Positions 7,113 through 18,845 of a stretch of DNA of 64,000 bases are shown here, piece after piece. Numbering within the stretch: position 1 is the first letter of the stretch; each line of letters opens with the position of its first letter. Origin of the DNA: an uncultured Lachnoanaerobaculum sp. (GTDB lineage Bacteria; Bacillota; Clostridia; Lachnospirales; Lachnospiraceae); NCBI GenBank assembly GCA_946999385.1, contig CAMQCZ010000001.1, positions 26,164 through 90,163 on the forward strand, given 5' to 3'. Below the pieces are notes generated by a model. It was not told the DNA's origin. It saw only the letters and a program-made list of their open reading frames with translations, and ran no database searches. The position numbers and the translations under genes are program-made.

Positions 7113-8135
7113 CTAAACCAAGCTTAAATTAGGAGTAGCATTCAAATCCCAACTATCACGTCTGCCATTTATATACTCATAATATGCACTGACTCCTATC
7201 ATTGCGGCATTATCTGTACAATAAATAGGAGATGGATAAAATAGTGAAAAATTATTTTTATCACATTCCTCCTTCATCCTTCTTCTTAGAGCAGAATTTG
7301 CAGCAACACCTCCTGCTATAGCAATTTTATTAAAGGAGTACTCTTTACAAGCCATTATACTATGTTCAACCAATACATCAACAACTGATTTTTGAAAGCT
7401 TGCTACAAGATCAGCTATATTTATTTCTTCATTCTTCATTTTTGCTTGATTTTCATAATTAAGTACAGCACTTTTTATACCTGAAAAACTAAAATCATAT
7501 TTATTATCATTAAGTCTGGCTTTAGGAAATTTAATTGCAAATGGGTTACCTTCAGTTGCTTTTCTATCTATTTTAGGTCCGCCGGGATAGCCTAATCCTA
7601 CACTTCTTGCAACTTTATCAAAAGCCTCACCGGCAGCATCATCTCTAGTTTTACCTATAATTTCAAATTGATTATAATCTTTAACTAAGACAAGATTTGT
7701 ATGTCCTCCTGAAACTATTAAGCAAATAAATGGAGGCTCAAGCTCTTTATGTTCTATAAAATTTGCTGCAACATGCCCCTTAATATGATGTACTCCTATT
7801 AAAGGCTTATTAGTTGAAAATGCCAATGTCTTTGCAAATGATACTCCAACTAATAAAGCTCCAACTAAACCCGGACCATATGTTACAGCTATAGCACTTA
7901 TATTATCTAAGTTAATATTAGCACTACTCAATGCTTCTTCTACAACAATATCTATATTTTCTATATGCTTTCTTGAAGCTATTTCAGGAACTACACCGCC
8001 ATAAATTGTATGTAAATTTATTTGTGATAATATTATATTTGATAAAACCTCTCTACCATTTTTTACTACGGCGGCCGCTGTTTCATCACAGGAGCTCTCG
8101 ATAGCAAGTATATATATATCCTTATTCATTATCAA
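7113..8135 (-). CDS. tsaD: tRNA N6-adenosine threonylcarbamoyltransferase TsaD (Kae1/Gcp)
   Basis: 340 aa. '[17 protein letters not shown]', 'HHIKGH' and '[10 protein letters not shown]' are canonical TsaD motifs. Confidence 0.9.
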   Translation of the reverse strand: MIMNKDIYILAIESSCDETAAAVVKNGREVLSNIILSQINLHTIYGGVVPEIASRKHIENIDIVVEEALSSANINLDNISAIAVTYGPGLVGALLVGVSFAKTLAFSTNKPLIGVHHIKGHVAANFIEHKELEPPFICLIVSGGHTNLVLVKDYNQFEIIGKTRDDAAGEAFDKVARSVGLGYPGGPKIDRKATEGNPFAIKFPKARLNDNKYDFSFSGIKSAVLNYENQAKMKNEEINIADLVASFQKSVVDVLVEHSIMACKEYSFNKIAIAGGVAANSALRRRMKEECDKNNFSLFYPSPIYCTDNAAMIGVSAYYEYINGRRDSWDLNATPNLSLV

Positions 8136-9033
8136 ACCTCAATTCTATACTAAATCCATCAGTAGCAGCCTTGGCAAATGGAAAAATCTTCCTTACCTTA
8201 TCTATATATTCTTCCGGTCTATTCAAAGAAGGGCTATAATGTGTAAGCCACATTTCTTTTACATTAGCCTTCTTTGCTAAATTAGCGGCCTCATACATAG
8301 TCATATGCTTATATTCCTTTGCTTTATTTAATTTTTCTTCTTCTCCATACATACCTTCACAAATAAATAAATCACTATCTGATGCTTCTTCAGAAATTAT
8401 ATCAACAGGTCTTGTATCTGTACAATATGTAACTTTTATCCCCTTTCTTGGTTCTCCTAATACCATTGTAGGTTCAAATATTTTATCTTTTTCTTTTATT
8501 ATATTACCATTTTGTAAGCTTGACCAATACTTTACCGGTATACCTAATTTTTTTGCTTTTATAGGATCAAATTTACCTATTCTATCTACATTTATACTAT
8601 AAGCATAGCATATTACATTATGCTTTACTCTAAATGCCTCTATCCTATATGGTCCAACTTTGATACTTTCTTTATCCTGTATTAATTCATGAAATTTCAA
8701 TTCAAATGGTAACTCGGGAGCTATAACTCTAAGTGAATTAACAACTTTTTCCAATCCTTTTGGCCCTACTACTAAAATAGGTTCTCTTCTTTCACAATTA
8801 CCCAATGTTAGTAATAAACCAGGTAATCCACTAATATGATCTGCATGAAAATGTGTGAATAAAATAGCATCTATAGGCTTAGGACTCCAAGCTTTCTTTT
8901 TTATTGCAACTTGAGTTCCTTCTCCACAGTCTATTAATATATTACTACCTTCACATCTTGCCATCATACTAGTTAAATATCTATATGGTAAAGGCATCAT
9001 GCCGCCTGTGCCTAATAAACAAATATCTAACAT
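8122..9033 (-). CDS. rnz: Ribonuclease Z (tRNA 3' processing, metallo-beta-lactamase fold)
   Basis: 303 aa. 'LLGTGGMMP' and '[16 protein letters not shown]' (HxHxDH) plus a C-terminal 'H' motif match short-form RNase Z. Confidence 0.8.
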   Translation of the reverse strand: MLDICLLGTGGMMPLPYRYLTSMMARCEGSNILIDCGEGTQVAIKKKAWSPKPIDAILFTHFHADHISGLPGLLLTLGNCERREPILVVGPKGLEKVVNSLRVIAPELPFELKFHELIQDKESIKVGPYRIEAFRVKHNVICYAYSINVDRIGKFDPIKAKKLGIPVKYWSSLQNGNIIKEKDKIFEPTMVLGEPRKGIKVTYCTDTRPVDIISEEASDSDLFICEGMYGEEEKLNKAKEYKHMTMYEAANLAKKANVKEMWLTHYSPSLNRPEEYIDKVRKIFPFAKAATDGFSIELRFDNE

Positions 9034-9446
9034 TAATCATTCCTTTCTAATTCAAGCATCATATCAAAAGCATCTTCCAAAGGATTTGAATAATAATTTT
9101 TTCTTATATTTATGAGCTTAAAATTATATTTTTCATATAAATCAATTGCAATTTTATTGGATTTTCTAACCTCTAAAAAACATTTATTTATATTATTTTC
9201 ATTTAAGTCTTTTATCAACATATTCATAAGCCTTGTAGCTATATGTTTTTTTCTATATTCAGGTAAAACTGCTATACGTATAAGCTCAGCCCTATCATCT
9301 ATAAGCATATAACTGATAAAAGCATAATTATCTATTATAAAAAATTTATAAAATTTTGAATCCAAACTATCTTTTATAGCTTTTAAGCTCCAGCTATCCT
9401 TAAAACATGCTTTTTCTATATTTAATATTATCTCTTCTTTAATCAT
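9033..9446 (-). CDS. rimI: Ribosomal-protein-alanine N-acetyltransferase (GNAT)
   Basis: 137-aa GNAT fold (RIAVLPEYRKKHIATRLM) in the conserved tsaE-tsaB-rimI-tsaD context. Confidence 0.7.
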   Translation of the reverse strand: MIKEEIILNIEKACFKDSWSLKAIKDSLDSKFYKFFIIDNYAFISYMLIDDRAELIRIAVLPEYRKKHIATRLMNMLIKDLNENNINKCFLEVRKSNKIAIDLYEKYNFKLINIRKNYYSNPLEDAFDMMLELERND

Positions 9447-10137
9447 CTATACCTTCTCTTTGTCTTTGTGCTTGACTTTTCCTAAGATATTCTATTTTAA
9501 AATCCCTTGGCATACAATATTTTCCATTTTTATAATATTCTTTTGCTAGGCAAGCAAGAGAAGCAACTCTTTGTCTATTTAAATTTGGAGCTGCAAAAAT
9601 ATATTTATTTAATATATTTTTTTCTATAATTTCTTTATATACGGGCAAGGCATCACCTAAAAAAATAATATCCTCCTGCATTTGATTTAATTCATCTATA
9701 AGTTGATAAATTGATAAAGCTCTCTGCTCTTTTACAATCTCCAATTTATCTTTCTTTCTATATATTGCATTATAAATTTGTTCTCTTCTTGCATCCAACA
9801 TTGGAACAATTAAAGCTTCAGTTTTTTCAAAATTATATGCCATAGCCTCCAATGTAGGGACATTTACAAGTGGCTTATTTATAGCCATAGCTACTGCCTT
9901 TGCTGTTGATATGCCTATCCTAAGACCTGTAAAAGAACCCGGTCCACCACAAACGGCAACAGCATCTATAGTATTCAAATCAATGTTTGTAATTTCTTTT
10001 ATATTTGCAAGCATAGGTAACAAGGTCTGTGAATGTGTCATCTTATAATTAATATTATACTCTGCAACAATAATATCATCATCTAATATAGCTATACCTG
10101 CAACTAAGGATGAGCTTTCTATTGCTAAAATTTTCAT
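9439..10137 (-). CDS. tsaB: tRNA threonylcarbamoyladenosine biosynthesis protein TsaB
   Basis: 232 aa. 'MKILAIESSS' and 'GPGSFTGLRIG' are TsaB/YeaZ signatures. Confidence 0.85.
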   Translation of the reverse strand: MKILAIESSSLVAGIAILDDDIIVAEYNINYKMTHSQTLLPMLANIKEITNIDLNTIDAVAVCGGPGSFTGLRIGISTAKAVAMAINKPLVNVPTLEAMAYNFEKTEALIVPMLDARREQIYNAIYRKKDKLEIVKEQRALSIYQLIDELNQMQEDIIFLGDALPVYKEIIEKNILNKYIFAAPNLNRQRVASLACLAKEYYKNGKYCMPRDFKIEYLRKSQAQRQREGIDD

Positions 10138-10565
10138 TCTATACCCTCAATAATTATATTTCTATAATCAAACCCTTTTTCTATATTCTTTTTAATTATT
10201 ACATGAATAGCATCATCAGGTATTAAAGCCTCTATAAGCTTTGACCACTCAATAAGACATATTGCATCAGAAAAAAAATATTCTTCATATCCTATATCTT
10301 CCATTTCACTTTCATCACTTATTCTATATACATCAAAGTGATGTAAAATATTTTCTTCAGTTTCATAGCTTTGAACTAAAGTAAACGTAGGGCTTGTTAT
10401 ATCTTCTATAATACCAAGTCCGGCGGCAATCCCCTTTGCAAAAATAGTTTTCCCTACACCTAATTCTCCATCCAAACAAATTATACTACCTTTATTTAAA
10501 GATTTAGCCAAGTTAAAAGCTATTTTAAATGTATTCTCCTCTGATAATGATTCATAAATTTTCAT
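10134..10565 (-). CDS. tsaE: tRNA threonylcarbamoyladenosine biosynthesis ATPase TsaE
   Basis: 143 aa with Walker A 'GELGVGKT', which is YjeE/TsaE family. Confidence 0.85.
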   Translation of the reverse strand: MKIYESLSEENTFKIAFNLAKSLNKGSIICLDGELGVGKTIFAKGIAAGLGIIEDITSPTFTLVQSYETEENILHHFDVYRISDESEMEDIGYEEYFFSDAICLIEWSKLIEALIPDDAIHVIIKKNIEKGFDYRNIIIEGIE

Positions 10566-10575
10566 TAGTACCTCT

Positions 10576-11070
10576 TTAAAATCTAGTTATTTTCGTATTA
10601 TTTTTTAATAGCGTAAATAAATCTTCTTTATCATCTACTATATATCTTTTAGGTATCAAATAGGCTCTTAATGGTGATAAATATATAATTATCATACTTT
10701 TCATTAATTTTGTTTTATATATATGGTTCCAATCAAGCTCTATAATATCATCATCTTGAGAAACCCTTAGACCGTCATTACTTATATCCAAAGCAAAGCC
10801 CTTTTTTATACCAATAGTTTTAGATTGCTTTAATGCTTTTATATAAAGTATTACAGGTTGTATTATAGAAAATAATAACGCTGAAATCAAAAAAACTATT
10901 TTTCTTGTTATATCACTTGTATTCCAAGTACTAATTAAAATATATATTGAAGCCAAGGTAAATATAAGATTAAATATACCCAAAAAACCTTTGTTTGCAG
11001 TATAAAAGGAAAATAACCAAATATCATTAACATTTAATTTTATACTATATTTTAATACCTTTTTAGACAT
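10576..11070 (-). CDS. Hypothetical membrane protein (YcxB-like)
   Basis: 164 aa with two predicted N-terminal TM helices and a small soluble C-domain. No catalytic motifs. Confidence 0.35.
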   Translation of the reverse strand: MSKKVLKYSIKLNVNDIWLFSFYTANKGFLGIFNLIFTLASIYILISTWNTSDITRKIVFLISALLFSIIQPVILYIKALKQSKTIGIKKGFALDISNDGLRVSQDDDIIELDWNHIYKTKLMKSMIIIYLSPLRAYLIPKRYIVDDKEDLFTLLKNNTKITRF

Positions 11071-11073
11071 ATA

Positions 11074-13275
11074 TTACTCCTCTTCAAATATTCTACTAAG
11101 AGCAACCCTCTTTTTATTTATATCAATATCTATAACCTTAAATTCTAAAATATCTCCTATAGAAACAACATCTAATGGATGCTTGATAAATTTTTTTGAT
11201 AATTTTGATATATGAACTAAAGCATCCTGATGTATTCCTATATCTACAAAAGCACCAAAATCTATTATATTTCTAATAGTACCTTTTAAAATCATACCAA
11301 GCTTTAAATCTTCTATATTCATAACATCACTTCTAAGTATAGGAGCAAAATGTTCATCTCTTGGATCTATTGCCGGTTTTTCCAATTCCTTTACTATATC
11401 ATGTAAGCTTATAACACCTATTCCAATTTCATTTGCCAATTCTTCATAATTAATAATTTTTTTAGATAAAGATTTTATTCCACCATTTTTTAAATCTAAA
11501 GGATCCAAGTTAAGTTTTTTTAGTAGCTCTTTTGTTATTTTATAGCTTTCAGGATGTACACAAGTAGAATCAAGAATTTCTTCTCCATCTCTTATTCGCA
11601 TAAAACCGGCACATTGTTCAAAAGCCTTAGGACCTAATTTAGGAACATTTAAAAGCTCCTTTCGATTTTTAAAAGCTCCATTTTTTTCTCTATATTCTAT
11701 AATATTCCTAGCCAAATTTTTATTAATACCTGAAATATATTCTAATAGAGAAAAGGAAGCACTATTCAAATCAACACCAACTTTATTTACACTATCTTCA
11801 ACCACAGAAGCCAAGATTTCAGTTAATTTTTTTTGATTCATATCATGCTGATATTGACCTACTCCTATACTTTTAGGATCTATTTTTACTAATTCTGCCA
11901 AAGGATCCTGCAAACGTCTTGCCATGCTTGTTGCAGATCTTTGTCCTACATCAAAATTAGGAAATTCATTGCTTGCCAATTCACTTGCTGAATATACACT
12001 TGCTCCTGCCTCATTTACTATGACATAAGAAAGATTCTTTTTTAATTCTTTTAATAAATCAACAATTACAAGCTCAGATTCTCTACTCGCAGTTCCATTT
12101 CCTAAAGAAATTATATCTACATCATATTGCTCTATTAATTTTTTTAAGATTTTTTTCGATTCTTCTATTTTTTCTAAAGGCTTTGTAGGATATATAATAG
12201 CAGTATCTAATACTTTTCCAAGCTTATCAACTATAGCCAGCTTACATCCTGTTCTAAAGCCCGGATCCCAACCCATAACAACTTTATTTTTTATAGGTGC
12301 CTGCAATAAAAGCTGTTGTAAATTTTTAGCAAAAACCTTTATAGATGCTTCTTCAGCTTTTTCAGTAAGCTCATTTCTAATTTCTCTTTCTATAGCCGGA
12401 AAAATAAGCCTTTTATATGAATCCTGTATTGCAAGCTCTAAAAATTCTTTACAGGCTAAATTATTATTTTTTATCACATTTTTATATAAATAATTTAAAA
12501 TTTCTTCTTCATCTGAAATAATTTTTACCAATAGTACCTTTTCTTTTTCTGCTCTATTAATAGCTAAAACTCTATGTGGTAATATTTTTTTTATTTCTTC
12601 TTCATAATCATAATAATTTTCATAAACAGATTCTAATGTTATATCCTTTGCAATACTCTTTATATATCCGCTCTCAAAAATAGTTTTTCTTATTTTTGAT
12701 CTAAATTCTGCTTTGTCTGATACAAATTCTGCTATAATATCACTTGCCAAGCTTAAGGCTTCATATTCATCCTTAACCTCATCATTTATAAAATCTTTAG
12801 CAAGCTCTTCTAACGTAACATCAAAATCTCCTGACAATATATTTTTTGCCAATGGCTCTATGCCCTTTTCTTTGGCTATCATAGCTCTAGTTCTTTTTTT
12901 AGGTCTGTATGGTCTATATAAATCATCTATTTCTACCAAAGTGATTGCATTTGATAATTTTTCTTTTAAATCATCATCAAGCTTTCCTTGTTCATCTATA
13001 CTTGATATCACCTGTAATCTTTTTTCTTCCAATTTTCTTAGATATTTCAGTCTTTCATCTAATTTTCTAAGTATTTCATCATCTAAGGCTCCTGTTATTT
13101 CTTTTCTATATCTTGCTATAAATGGTATGGTATTACCTTCATCAATTAATCTTACACTAGCCTCTACCTGATTTTCTTTAATACCTAACTCTAATGCCAA
13201 AATATTATTTATATCCATGCTTAATCCTTTCAATATGACTTCTACTATTTTAACAAATGCTTTATTATACTGCAA
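11074..13275 (-). CDS. tex: Transcription accessory protein Tex (YqgF/HhH/S1 domains)
   Basis: 733 aa with the N-terminal 'IPFIARYRKE' Tex signature and a C-terminal S1 domain. Confidence 0.85.
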   Translation of the reverse strand: MQYNKAFVKIVEVILKGLSMDINNILALELGIKENQVEASVRLIDEGNTIPFIARYRKEITGALDDEILRKLDERLKYLRKLEEKRLQVISSIDEQGKLDDDLKEKLSNAITLVEIDDLYRPYRPKKRTRAMIAKEKGIEPLAKNILSGDFDVTLEELAKDFINDEVKDEYEALSLASDIIAEFVSDKAEFRSKIRKTIFESGYIKSIAKDITLESVYENYYDYEEEIKKILPHRVLAINRAEKEKVLLVKIISDEEEILNYLYKNVIKNNNLACKEFLELAIQDSYKRLIFPAIEREIRNELTEKAEEASIKVFAKNLQQLLLQAPIKNKVVMGWDPGFRTGCKLAIVDKLGKVLDTAIIYPTKPLEKIEESKKILKKLIEQYDVDIISLGNGTASRESELVIVDLLKELKKNLSYVIVNEAGASVYSASELASNEFPNFDVGQRSATSMARRLQDPLAELVKIDPKSIGVGQYQHDMNQKKLTEILASVVEDSVNKVGVDLNSASFSLLEYISGINKNLARNIIEYREKNGAFKNRKELLNVPKLGPKAFEQCAGFMRIRDGEEILDSTCVHPESYKITKELLKKLNLDPLDLKNGGIKSLSKKIINYEELANEIGIGVISLHDIVKELEKPAIDPRDEHFAPILRSDVMNIEDLKLGMILKGTIRNIIDFGAFVDIGIHQDALVHISKLSKKFIKHPLDVVSIGDILEFKVIDIDINKKRVALSRIFEEE

Positions 13276-13372
13276 GCTTAAGAAAAAAGTTTAATTAAGA
13301 TTATGCTTATAATAAAGCATTATAAAAGACTATTATATTGATGAAAAATAATCATAATATAACAGCCCTTCT

Positions 13373-13732
13373 TTAAAATCCGTAAAAATCTTGTAAATCT
13401 ATATTTAATGAATCAAATATATTTTTTAATTTCTGCAAAACCTCATTAGCTAACTTAGGATCTTGTAGCTTCATACTTGCATTTAATATTATTATAAATA
13501 ATAAAGAGCCTATTAAAAGTCCCCAAATATCAAGTATTAATGAAATTATATCATATTTATTCAAGCCTGAATTTTCGATTTTTGATAAATAAATAAAACT
13601 AAGAGAAAATATTGCAAAAATTATACTCAGAGGAATACCCTTTATATTACAACAGCAAAGTGTAAAAATAGTAGATATTATACCTAAAAACAATGAGATT
13701 CTTGAATTTCTACTTATAGGTATTTTTTTCAT
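13373..13732 (-). CDS. Hypothetical small membrane protein
   Basis: 119 aa with 3 predicted TM helices and no motifs. Confidence 0.3.
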   Translation of the reverse strand: MKKIPISRNSRISLFLGIISTIFTLCCCNIKGIPLSIIFAIFSLSFIYLSKIENSGLNKYDIISLILDIWGLLIGSLLFIIILNASMKLQDPKLANEVLQKLKNIFDSLNIDLQDFYGF

Positions 13733-13892
13733 TATATAAAGCTCCTTTTACTATACCACTTTTTAATCCTAATTATTCTACCATTAAACTTTATTAAAGT
13801 CTATATAAATACTGAGTAAATAAAATAGTAAAATAAATATTTATTTTTTATCTGTTCTTTATAGCTTTAAAAGCCTTCAATAATATAAAAAT

Positions 13893-13930
13893 AAAAAAGC
13901 ATCCTTGAATTAAATATCAAAGATGCTTTT
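13893..13930 (-). terminator. Putative intrinsic terminator downstream of grdD
   Basis: GCATCC...GGATGC stem flanked by A and T runs. Confidence 0.45.
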
Positions 13931-13982
13931 TAAGCAACTCATGCTTTAATAATTATATTATAATAAAATTTAATTCTAAATA

Positions 13983-15137
13983 TTACTCGCAATATCCGGC
14001 TTTCTTTAATTCTTCATATGCTCTTGAAAGATTTGCCTCACTTACCTTAACAATAGGTCCTGTACATCCCATTCCACTTTCAGCATAAATTCCAAGCTTC
14101 CATAGAACTTTTACAGCATCTTCCAAATCCATAACCTCTATACCTGCAATTTGTGCTGTTGTTACTTCTGCCGGTGGAGCACTAACCTCTTCTTCTGATT
14201 TTTCTGCTTTATTTGAAACTTTAAAACTATTACAAATATCCTTTAATCCGGCTTTATTAGCCTTTTTAAATTCATCTCTTGTAATTTCAAAAACCTTAGA
14301 TTTTACAAGCTCGGCAGCATATCTAATAGCACCTGCAATAACAGGAGCTCCTGAAGCTCTTGAAACTATCATAACTAAATTATCATAATTTTCACCTATT
14401 CCGGGACCATAACCATAGCCTGTTGCTTCATAGCTACCCCCTGTATTAAAGGAAGAAAGCATTTTTACTAAAATATTTCCTGTTAAGGAATCTGTAACAA
14501 TTACATCAGCAGAAGCCTGTAATACATCATTACCTCTCATAACAAATCCGCCATCAGCTCTTGAAGAGCTTGCAAATTCTATATCATATCCTTTTTCCTT
14601 TAATTGTTTCAAAGCTTTTTCAGTTTGTCTTGCACCATCAACATTCAAAATTCCAAGCTTAGGATTTTTAATTCCACAAGCCTTTGCAGTAATGATACCT
14701 GATATAGCATTTCTAATCATAGCCTCAACTCTATCCGTACTACTTGTTCCTGTTGTATTTGCTACAAATAATTCTTTTCCTTTTGCAGGAGTGATACATC
14801 TACCTACAGTAGAAACACCTATAGGGAAAGGAAAGTGCATAGTAACAGCTGCATCTATCTCCTTATTCCTCAAAAGCTCCTGCATTTTTTCATGACCCTC
14901 TTCATCATTTGCAACTTCAATAGTCTTTACACCTTCAGCCTTTAATGTACCTATATAATACACATCTATACCATCTTTAGCAGCCAAAAGTGCCGCTTTC
15001 ATTGAATTTTCTTCACCATGCTCACTACCCATGCCAGTTAAAGCAATTTTAGGTCTTGAACCAAAGCTTCCGGTTTCAAGTCCATTAGCAATATCAAGAA
15101 AGGTATTAGCAATAATTTTTTCAATAGTTTTTGCCAT
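13983..15137 (-). CDS. grdD: Glycine/sarcosine/betaine reductase complex component C, alpha subunit
   Basis: 384-aa PlsX-like fold, adjacent to grdC, in the conserved grd operon order. Confidence 0.8.
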   Translation of the reverse strand: MAKTIEKIIANTFLDIANGLETGSFGSRPKIALTGMGSEHGEENSMKAALLAAKDGIDVYYIGTLKAEGVKTIEVANDEEGHEKMQELLRNKEIDAAVTMHFPFPIGVSTVGRCITPAKGKELFVANTTGTSSTDRVEAMIRNAISGIITAKACGIKNPKLGILNVDGARQTEKALKQLKEKGYDIEFASSSRADGGFVMRGNDVLQASADVIVTDSLTGNILVKMLSSFNTGGSYEATGYGYGPGIGENYDNLVMIVSRASGAPVIAGAIRYAAELVKSKVFEITRDEFKKANKAGLKDICNSFKVSNKAEKSEEEVSAPPAEVTTAQIAGIEVMDLEDAVKVLWKLGIYAESGMGCTGPIVKVSEANLSRAYEELKKAGYCE

Positions 15138-15152
15138 TTTTTAACTCTCCTT

Positions 15153-16688
15153 CTATTCTTCTACTACTAATGATGTTGCAAACTCTTTCATAGCTTTTGC
15201 AATTAATGATTTAATTGTAGCTTCTGAAACTGCTTCGCTCTCCTTATTTCCTGAATTTGCCTGAACTATAAAAGAAATACCATCAAACAGATTTGTCATT
15301 CTTCCAAGGAATAAACTACCTTTTCCTATAATCATAGCATTTTTAATTTTATTTGACATAATATCTTCTCTAGCAAATCCTAAGAAAGGCACACCTGATG
15401 GAATATGGCCCTGTGTAGGAGCAAATCCAACCATACCATGATTTTTAATAAACTCAGCCATCTTGGCTCTTTCCAAATCTCCCTTTTTAACAGCTAAAGC
15501 AGCTATCATTTTGTAGTTAGCTTCAGGAACATCTCCTGCACCTGCCGGCTTTGTTATATCAGGATTTTGCATCTCAGGAGAAAATTTGTCTACATCAGTA
15601 ATTTTTAATCCTACTCTTTCCAATGGATCAGCAACCAAACTACCTATAACTCCTTGAGGTGCAGAACCTGTTCCAACTGTATGACGTCCTAGAATATCAA
15701 GATTTATTTCAGGGCTTATACCATCATTTTCTGCAACTACTATAGCAAATCCTCCTAAACAATCCTCAAGTATTGGTAAGCCCTTCTTAACATGATCTTT
15801 ACCATTCATTCCAAGCTTGGCACTACAACCTCCACCAATAACTATAACACATTTAAAAGCACCTGCTTTTACTAAAGAAGCAGCCTCTACCATAGCATGA
15901 CTTGGTCCTGCACAGAATCCTCTAACATCAGAACCTGTAGCATTAACTAATCCTGCAATTTCAGCTGATGCCTTTGCAAAATTTCCACCACCTCTTTGAT
16001 TCATATCTCCACAAGCTTCTTCTGAACAATCTATTACATACTCTACATCTTCTTTTTCTATACCTGAATTTTTAATAGCATATAATATAGACAAAACAGC
16101 TGTAGCCTTATTTACAAGATTTTCATGCATAACCTCTGCATTTAAATTGACATCTATATCATGTGCCCTTTTTACACAACCAACCAAGGTGTTGTTATAA
16201 TAGATACCCTCTGCATGTTCATCATTAACAAAATGTTCTATTTCAGGCATATCAACACCTTCATGAATCCTTGCAAGTATATCCTCTGTTATAACAGGAT
16301 CTTTTGCCAAATCTCCTTTATATTTAGAAACAAAATCCTTATTTAATTTTACAACTTCAAAACAATCACAAGCTTGCATCAAAAGGTAAAATTCAGCTTC
16401 AGGCATAATTTCACCAAATTTACCATATCTTGTTGCATCTTCTTTTTTCTTGTCATAATATGGAAATTCAACTTGTGCTAAATCATCAGGATGTGCATTA
16501 CCTATATAAACTTGATTAGGCCAATAAGATACACACTCTTCATATGAACGTAAATGACCTCTTAATTCTTTTAAATATTCTGAATCAGGATTTACGATTT
16601 TTTCAGTTGTTTGAGTTGTTCCATTATGAACAACCATCTCCGGTGTATGGGCTAATATATAGCTAGCACCCTTTATAATACTATTCAT
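15153..16688 (-). CDS. grdC: Glycine/sarcosine/betaine reductase complex component C, beta subunit
   Basis: 511 aa with a thiolase-like fold. Position and size are typical of GrdC. Confidence 0.85.
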   Translation of the reverse strand: MNSIIKGASYILAHTPEMVVHNGTTQTTEKIVNPDSEYLKELRGHLRSYEECVSYWPNQVYIGNAHPDDLAQVEFPYYDKKKEDATRYGKFGEIMPEAEFYLLMQACDCFEVVKLNKDFVSKYKGDLAKDPVITEDILARIHEGVDMPEIEHFVNDEHAEGIYYNNTLVGCVKRAHDIDVNLNAEVMHENLVNKATAVLSILYAIKNSGIEKEDVEYVIDCSEEACGDMNQRGGGNFAKASAEIAGLVNATGSDVRGFCAGPSHAMVEAASLVKAGAFKCVIVIGGGCSAKLGMNGKDHVKKGLPILEDCLGGFAIVVAENDGISPEINLDILGRHTVGTGSAPQGVIGSLVADPLERVGLKITDVDKFSPEMQNPDITKPAGAGDVPEANYKMIAALAVKKGDLERAKMAEFIKNHGMVGFAPTQGHIPSGVPFLGFAREDIMSNKIKNAMIIGKGSLFLGRMTNLFDGISFIVQANSGNKESEAVSEATIKSLIAKAMKEFATSLVVEE

Positions 16689-16810
16689 TTATTTTACTCC
16701 TTTGAATTGTTTTTATTAATTCATATTAATTATAAGTTAAAAAGTATTCTACTTATATTTATAATATTATTTTACTAAAATGAAAAAATTATGAATATAA
16801 ACCACTATTA

Positions 16811-16859
16811 AATAAAATGAGAGAGCAAGAGGTATGCTTACCTCTATTGCTCCCTCTTG
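16811..16859 (-). terminator. Imperfect hairpin plus T-run between grdA and grdC (possible terminator/attenuator)
   Basis: GAGAGCAAGAGGTA-TGCT-TACCTCTATTGCTCCCTC inverted repeat, followed on the minus strand by TTTTATTT. Confidence 0.4.
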
Positions 16860-16874
16860 ATGAATTATATTTAA

Positions 16875-17348
16875 TTATAAATATTTACAATACTCATCAC
16901 GTATATTTTTCATTTCCTTAGTAATATCTTCAACATCCAGTACCATTTCCATCATGCCAACTTGCTCATCATAAACTGCCTGATCAAATTCGCTCTTAAT
17001 TTCTTCCTCACATACGTGATAAACCGTAAGTCCAAGCTGGACTCCTGTCAATGGACCTGCATAAGTAGGATCTCCTGCGGTTACTGTTTCAGCAGCTAAT
17101 CCGGCTGCCTCTCCCTCTGCTGCACCAAGAACTACAACTAAATTCTCAGCACCATATTGCTCTGCAAATTCTTTAACACGCTTTTGATTCTCCAAATCCA
17201 TTGCACCCGCACTTGTTCAGACAAAGCACTCTGTTGAAGAAAATACGATTTCTCCACCAGCTGTTTCAACACATTCTGCTATAGCTGGACCCGGAACTCC
17301 ATCACGGTCTCCTATGATAATAACTTTTTTACCTTTTAAAATAGCCAT
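16875..17348 (-). CDS. grdA: Glycine reductase complex selenoprotein A, with an in-frame UGA (selenocysteine) codon at 17217..17219
   Basis: Joining the 108-aa ORF to the upstream frame gives [54 protein letters not shown].... The 'CxxU' redox motif is the GrdA hallmark, and a start with RBS lies at 17348. Confidence 0.85.
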
Positions 17349-17423
17349 TTCATAATCTCCTTTCTTCATTAGTAATATTATTCTTAAAAGCTAATGCTTT
17401 ATAAGCAAATTCATTATACACTA

Positions 17424-17759
17424 TTATATATATTTCTCAACCATTTTTTGGATATTTTCTTCTGTAGCATCTTCCTTAACAAGCTCTTCAACCTTTGCAC
17501 CATCTTTGTATATAGCCATAACAGGAAGACCTAATACCTTTTGTGATATTGCAAGTCTTCTAGCCTTAGTCGTATTCAAAGATGTGAATTTTAATTTATC
17601 ATGATATTTATCAGCAATCTCATGCACAAATGGCATAAGTGCTTGACATGGAACACATCCATCACCGAAAAAGTCTACAAATACATATCCTTCTGCTTTT
17701 AAAACTTCTGCTTCAAAATTATCTTTTGTTAATTCTAACATAATAGCCTCCTTATTCAT
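17424..17759 (-). CDS. trxA: Thioredoxin (grd-system type, GCVPC active site)
   Basis: 111 aa with '[10 protein letters not shown]', the atypical CVPC thioredoxin that partners with glycine reductase. Confidence 0.85.
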   Translation of the reverse strand: MNKEAIMLELTKDNFEAEVLKAEGYVFVDFFGDGCVPCQALMPFVHEIADKYHDKLKFTSLNTTKARRLAISQKVLGLPVMAIYKDGAKVEELVKEDATEENIQKMVEKYI

Positions 17760-18699
17760 TTTCCATTATATATTTTTCGCATTGCATAGCTGCTATAGCT
17801 CCATCAGCAGCTGCTGTAACTACCTGTCTTAAAGATTTTACTCTAGCATCACCGGCGGCAAAAACTCCTGGAATATTAGTTTTCATATTGTCATCAGTAG
17901 GAATATATCCTCTTTCATCTAATTTTACGCCTGTATCCTTTAATAATTCTGTATTTGGTATAGTTCCTATAAATCCAAAAACACCAAACATACCATCTTC
18001 TTCATCGGCATCTATTCTCTTTGTTTCTCCGGTTTTTACATTTTTTACTATCATATATTGAAGGATATCTTCACCACCAACTTCTTCAACAACAGTGTCC
18101 CACATGAAATGTAAATTCTCTACCTTAAAAGCTTTTTCTTGTATAGATTTAGCTGCTCTAAGTTCATTTCTTCTATGTATTATAGTAACCTTTCTGGCAA
18201 ATTTTGCAAGATACATCGCTTCTTCAACGGCAGAATCTCCACCACCAACTACGTATACTTCAAAGCCTTCAAAAAAGTTTGCATCACAAGTTGCACAATA
18301 AGAAACTCCTCTTCCGGCAAATTCTTTTTCACCAATACAGCCAATAGGTCTTGAATAAGCACCCGGTGCTAAAATAATAGTCTTAGCTAAATATTCGCCT
18401 TTTGCTCCAACAAGCTTCTTAACTTTACCGTCAATCTCAACAGCTTTAATTGTATCTCTTACTCTATCACAACCAAAATGCTCGCATTGCTTTGTCATTC
18501 TGGCTATTAAGCTTGGACCTGATTCATCTTCAAGAACCTGTCCCGGATAATTTTCAATTTCATCTGTTATAGCAATTTGGCCACCATCTTGACCTTTCTC
18601 AATAACTAATGTTGAAAGTCTAGATCTACCGGAATATAAACCGGCTGCTAAACCTGCCGGACCTGCTCCAAGCACCACAACATCATAAATCTTACTCAT
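17752..18699 (-). CDS. trxB: Thioredoxin reductase
   Basis: 315 aa with FAD motif '[13 protein letters not shown]', redox 'CATCD' and NADPH motif '[10 protein letters not shown]'. Confidence 0.9.
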   Translation of the reverse strand: MSKIYDVVVLGAGPAGLAAGLYSGRSRLSTLVIEKGQDGGQIAITDEIENYPGQVLEDESGPSLIARMTKQCEHFGCDRVRDTIKAVEIDGKVKKLVGAKGEYLAKTIILAPGAYSRPIGCIGEKEFAGRGVSYCATCDANFFEGFEVYVVGGGDSAVEEAMYLAKFARKVTIIHRRNELRAAKSIQEKAFKVENLHFMWDTVVEEVGGEDILQYMIVKNVKTGETKRIDADEEDGMFGVFGFIGTIPNTELLKDTGVKLDERGYIPTDDNMKTNIPGVFAAGDARVKSLRQVVTAAADGAIAAMQCEKYIMENE

Positions 18700-18845
18700 A
18701 GCTTCCTCCTTATTATTATATTATAAGTTAGTACTTATATTTTATACTTTATAAATTATTTGCTTTATAAAAATATCAAAATTAATATTTAATAAAGCAA
18801 AATGAGTCGCCATATACTGACAACTCATATCATAAAATCATTATT

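Noticed and set aside
12713-13171. 152-aa plus-strand ORF inside tex
   Set aside because: It is antisense to a conserved gene, its translation is low-complexity, and it has no RBS.
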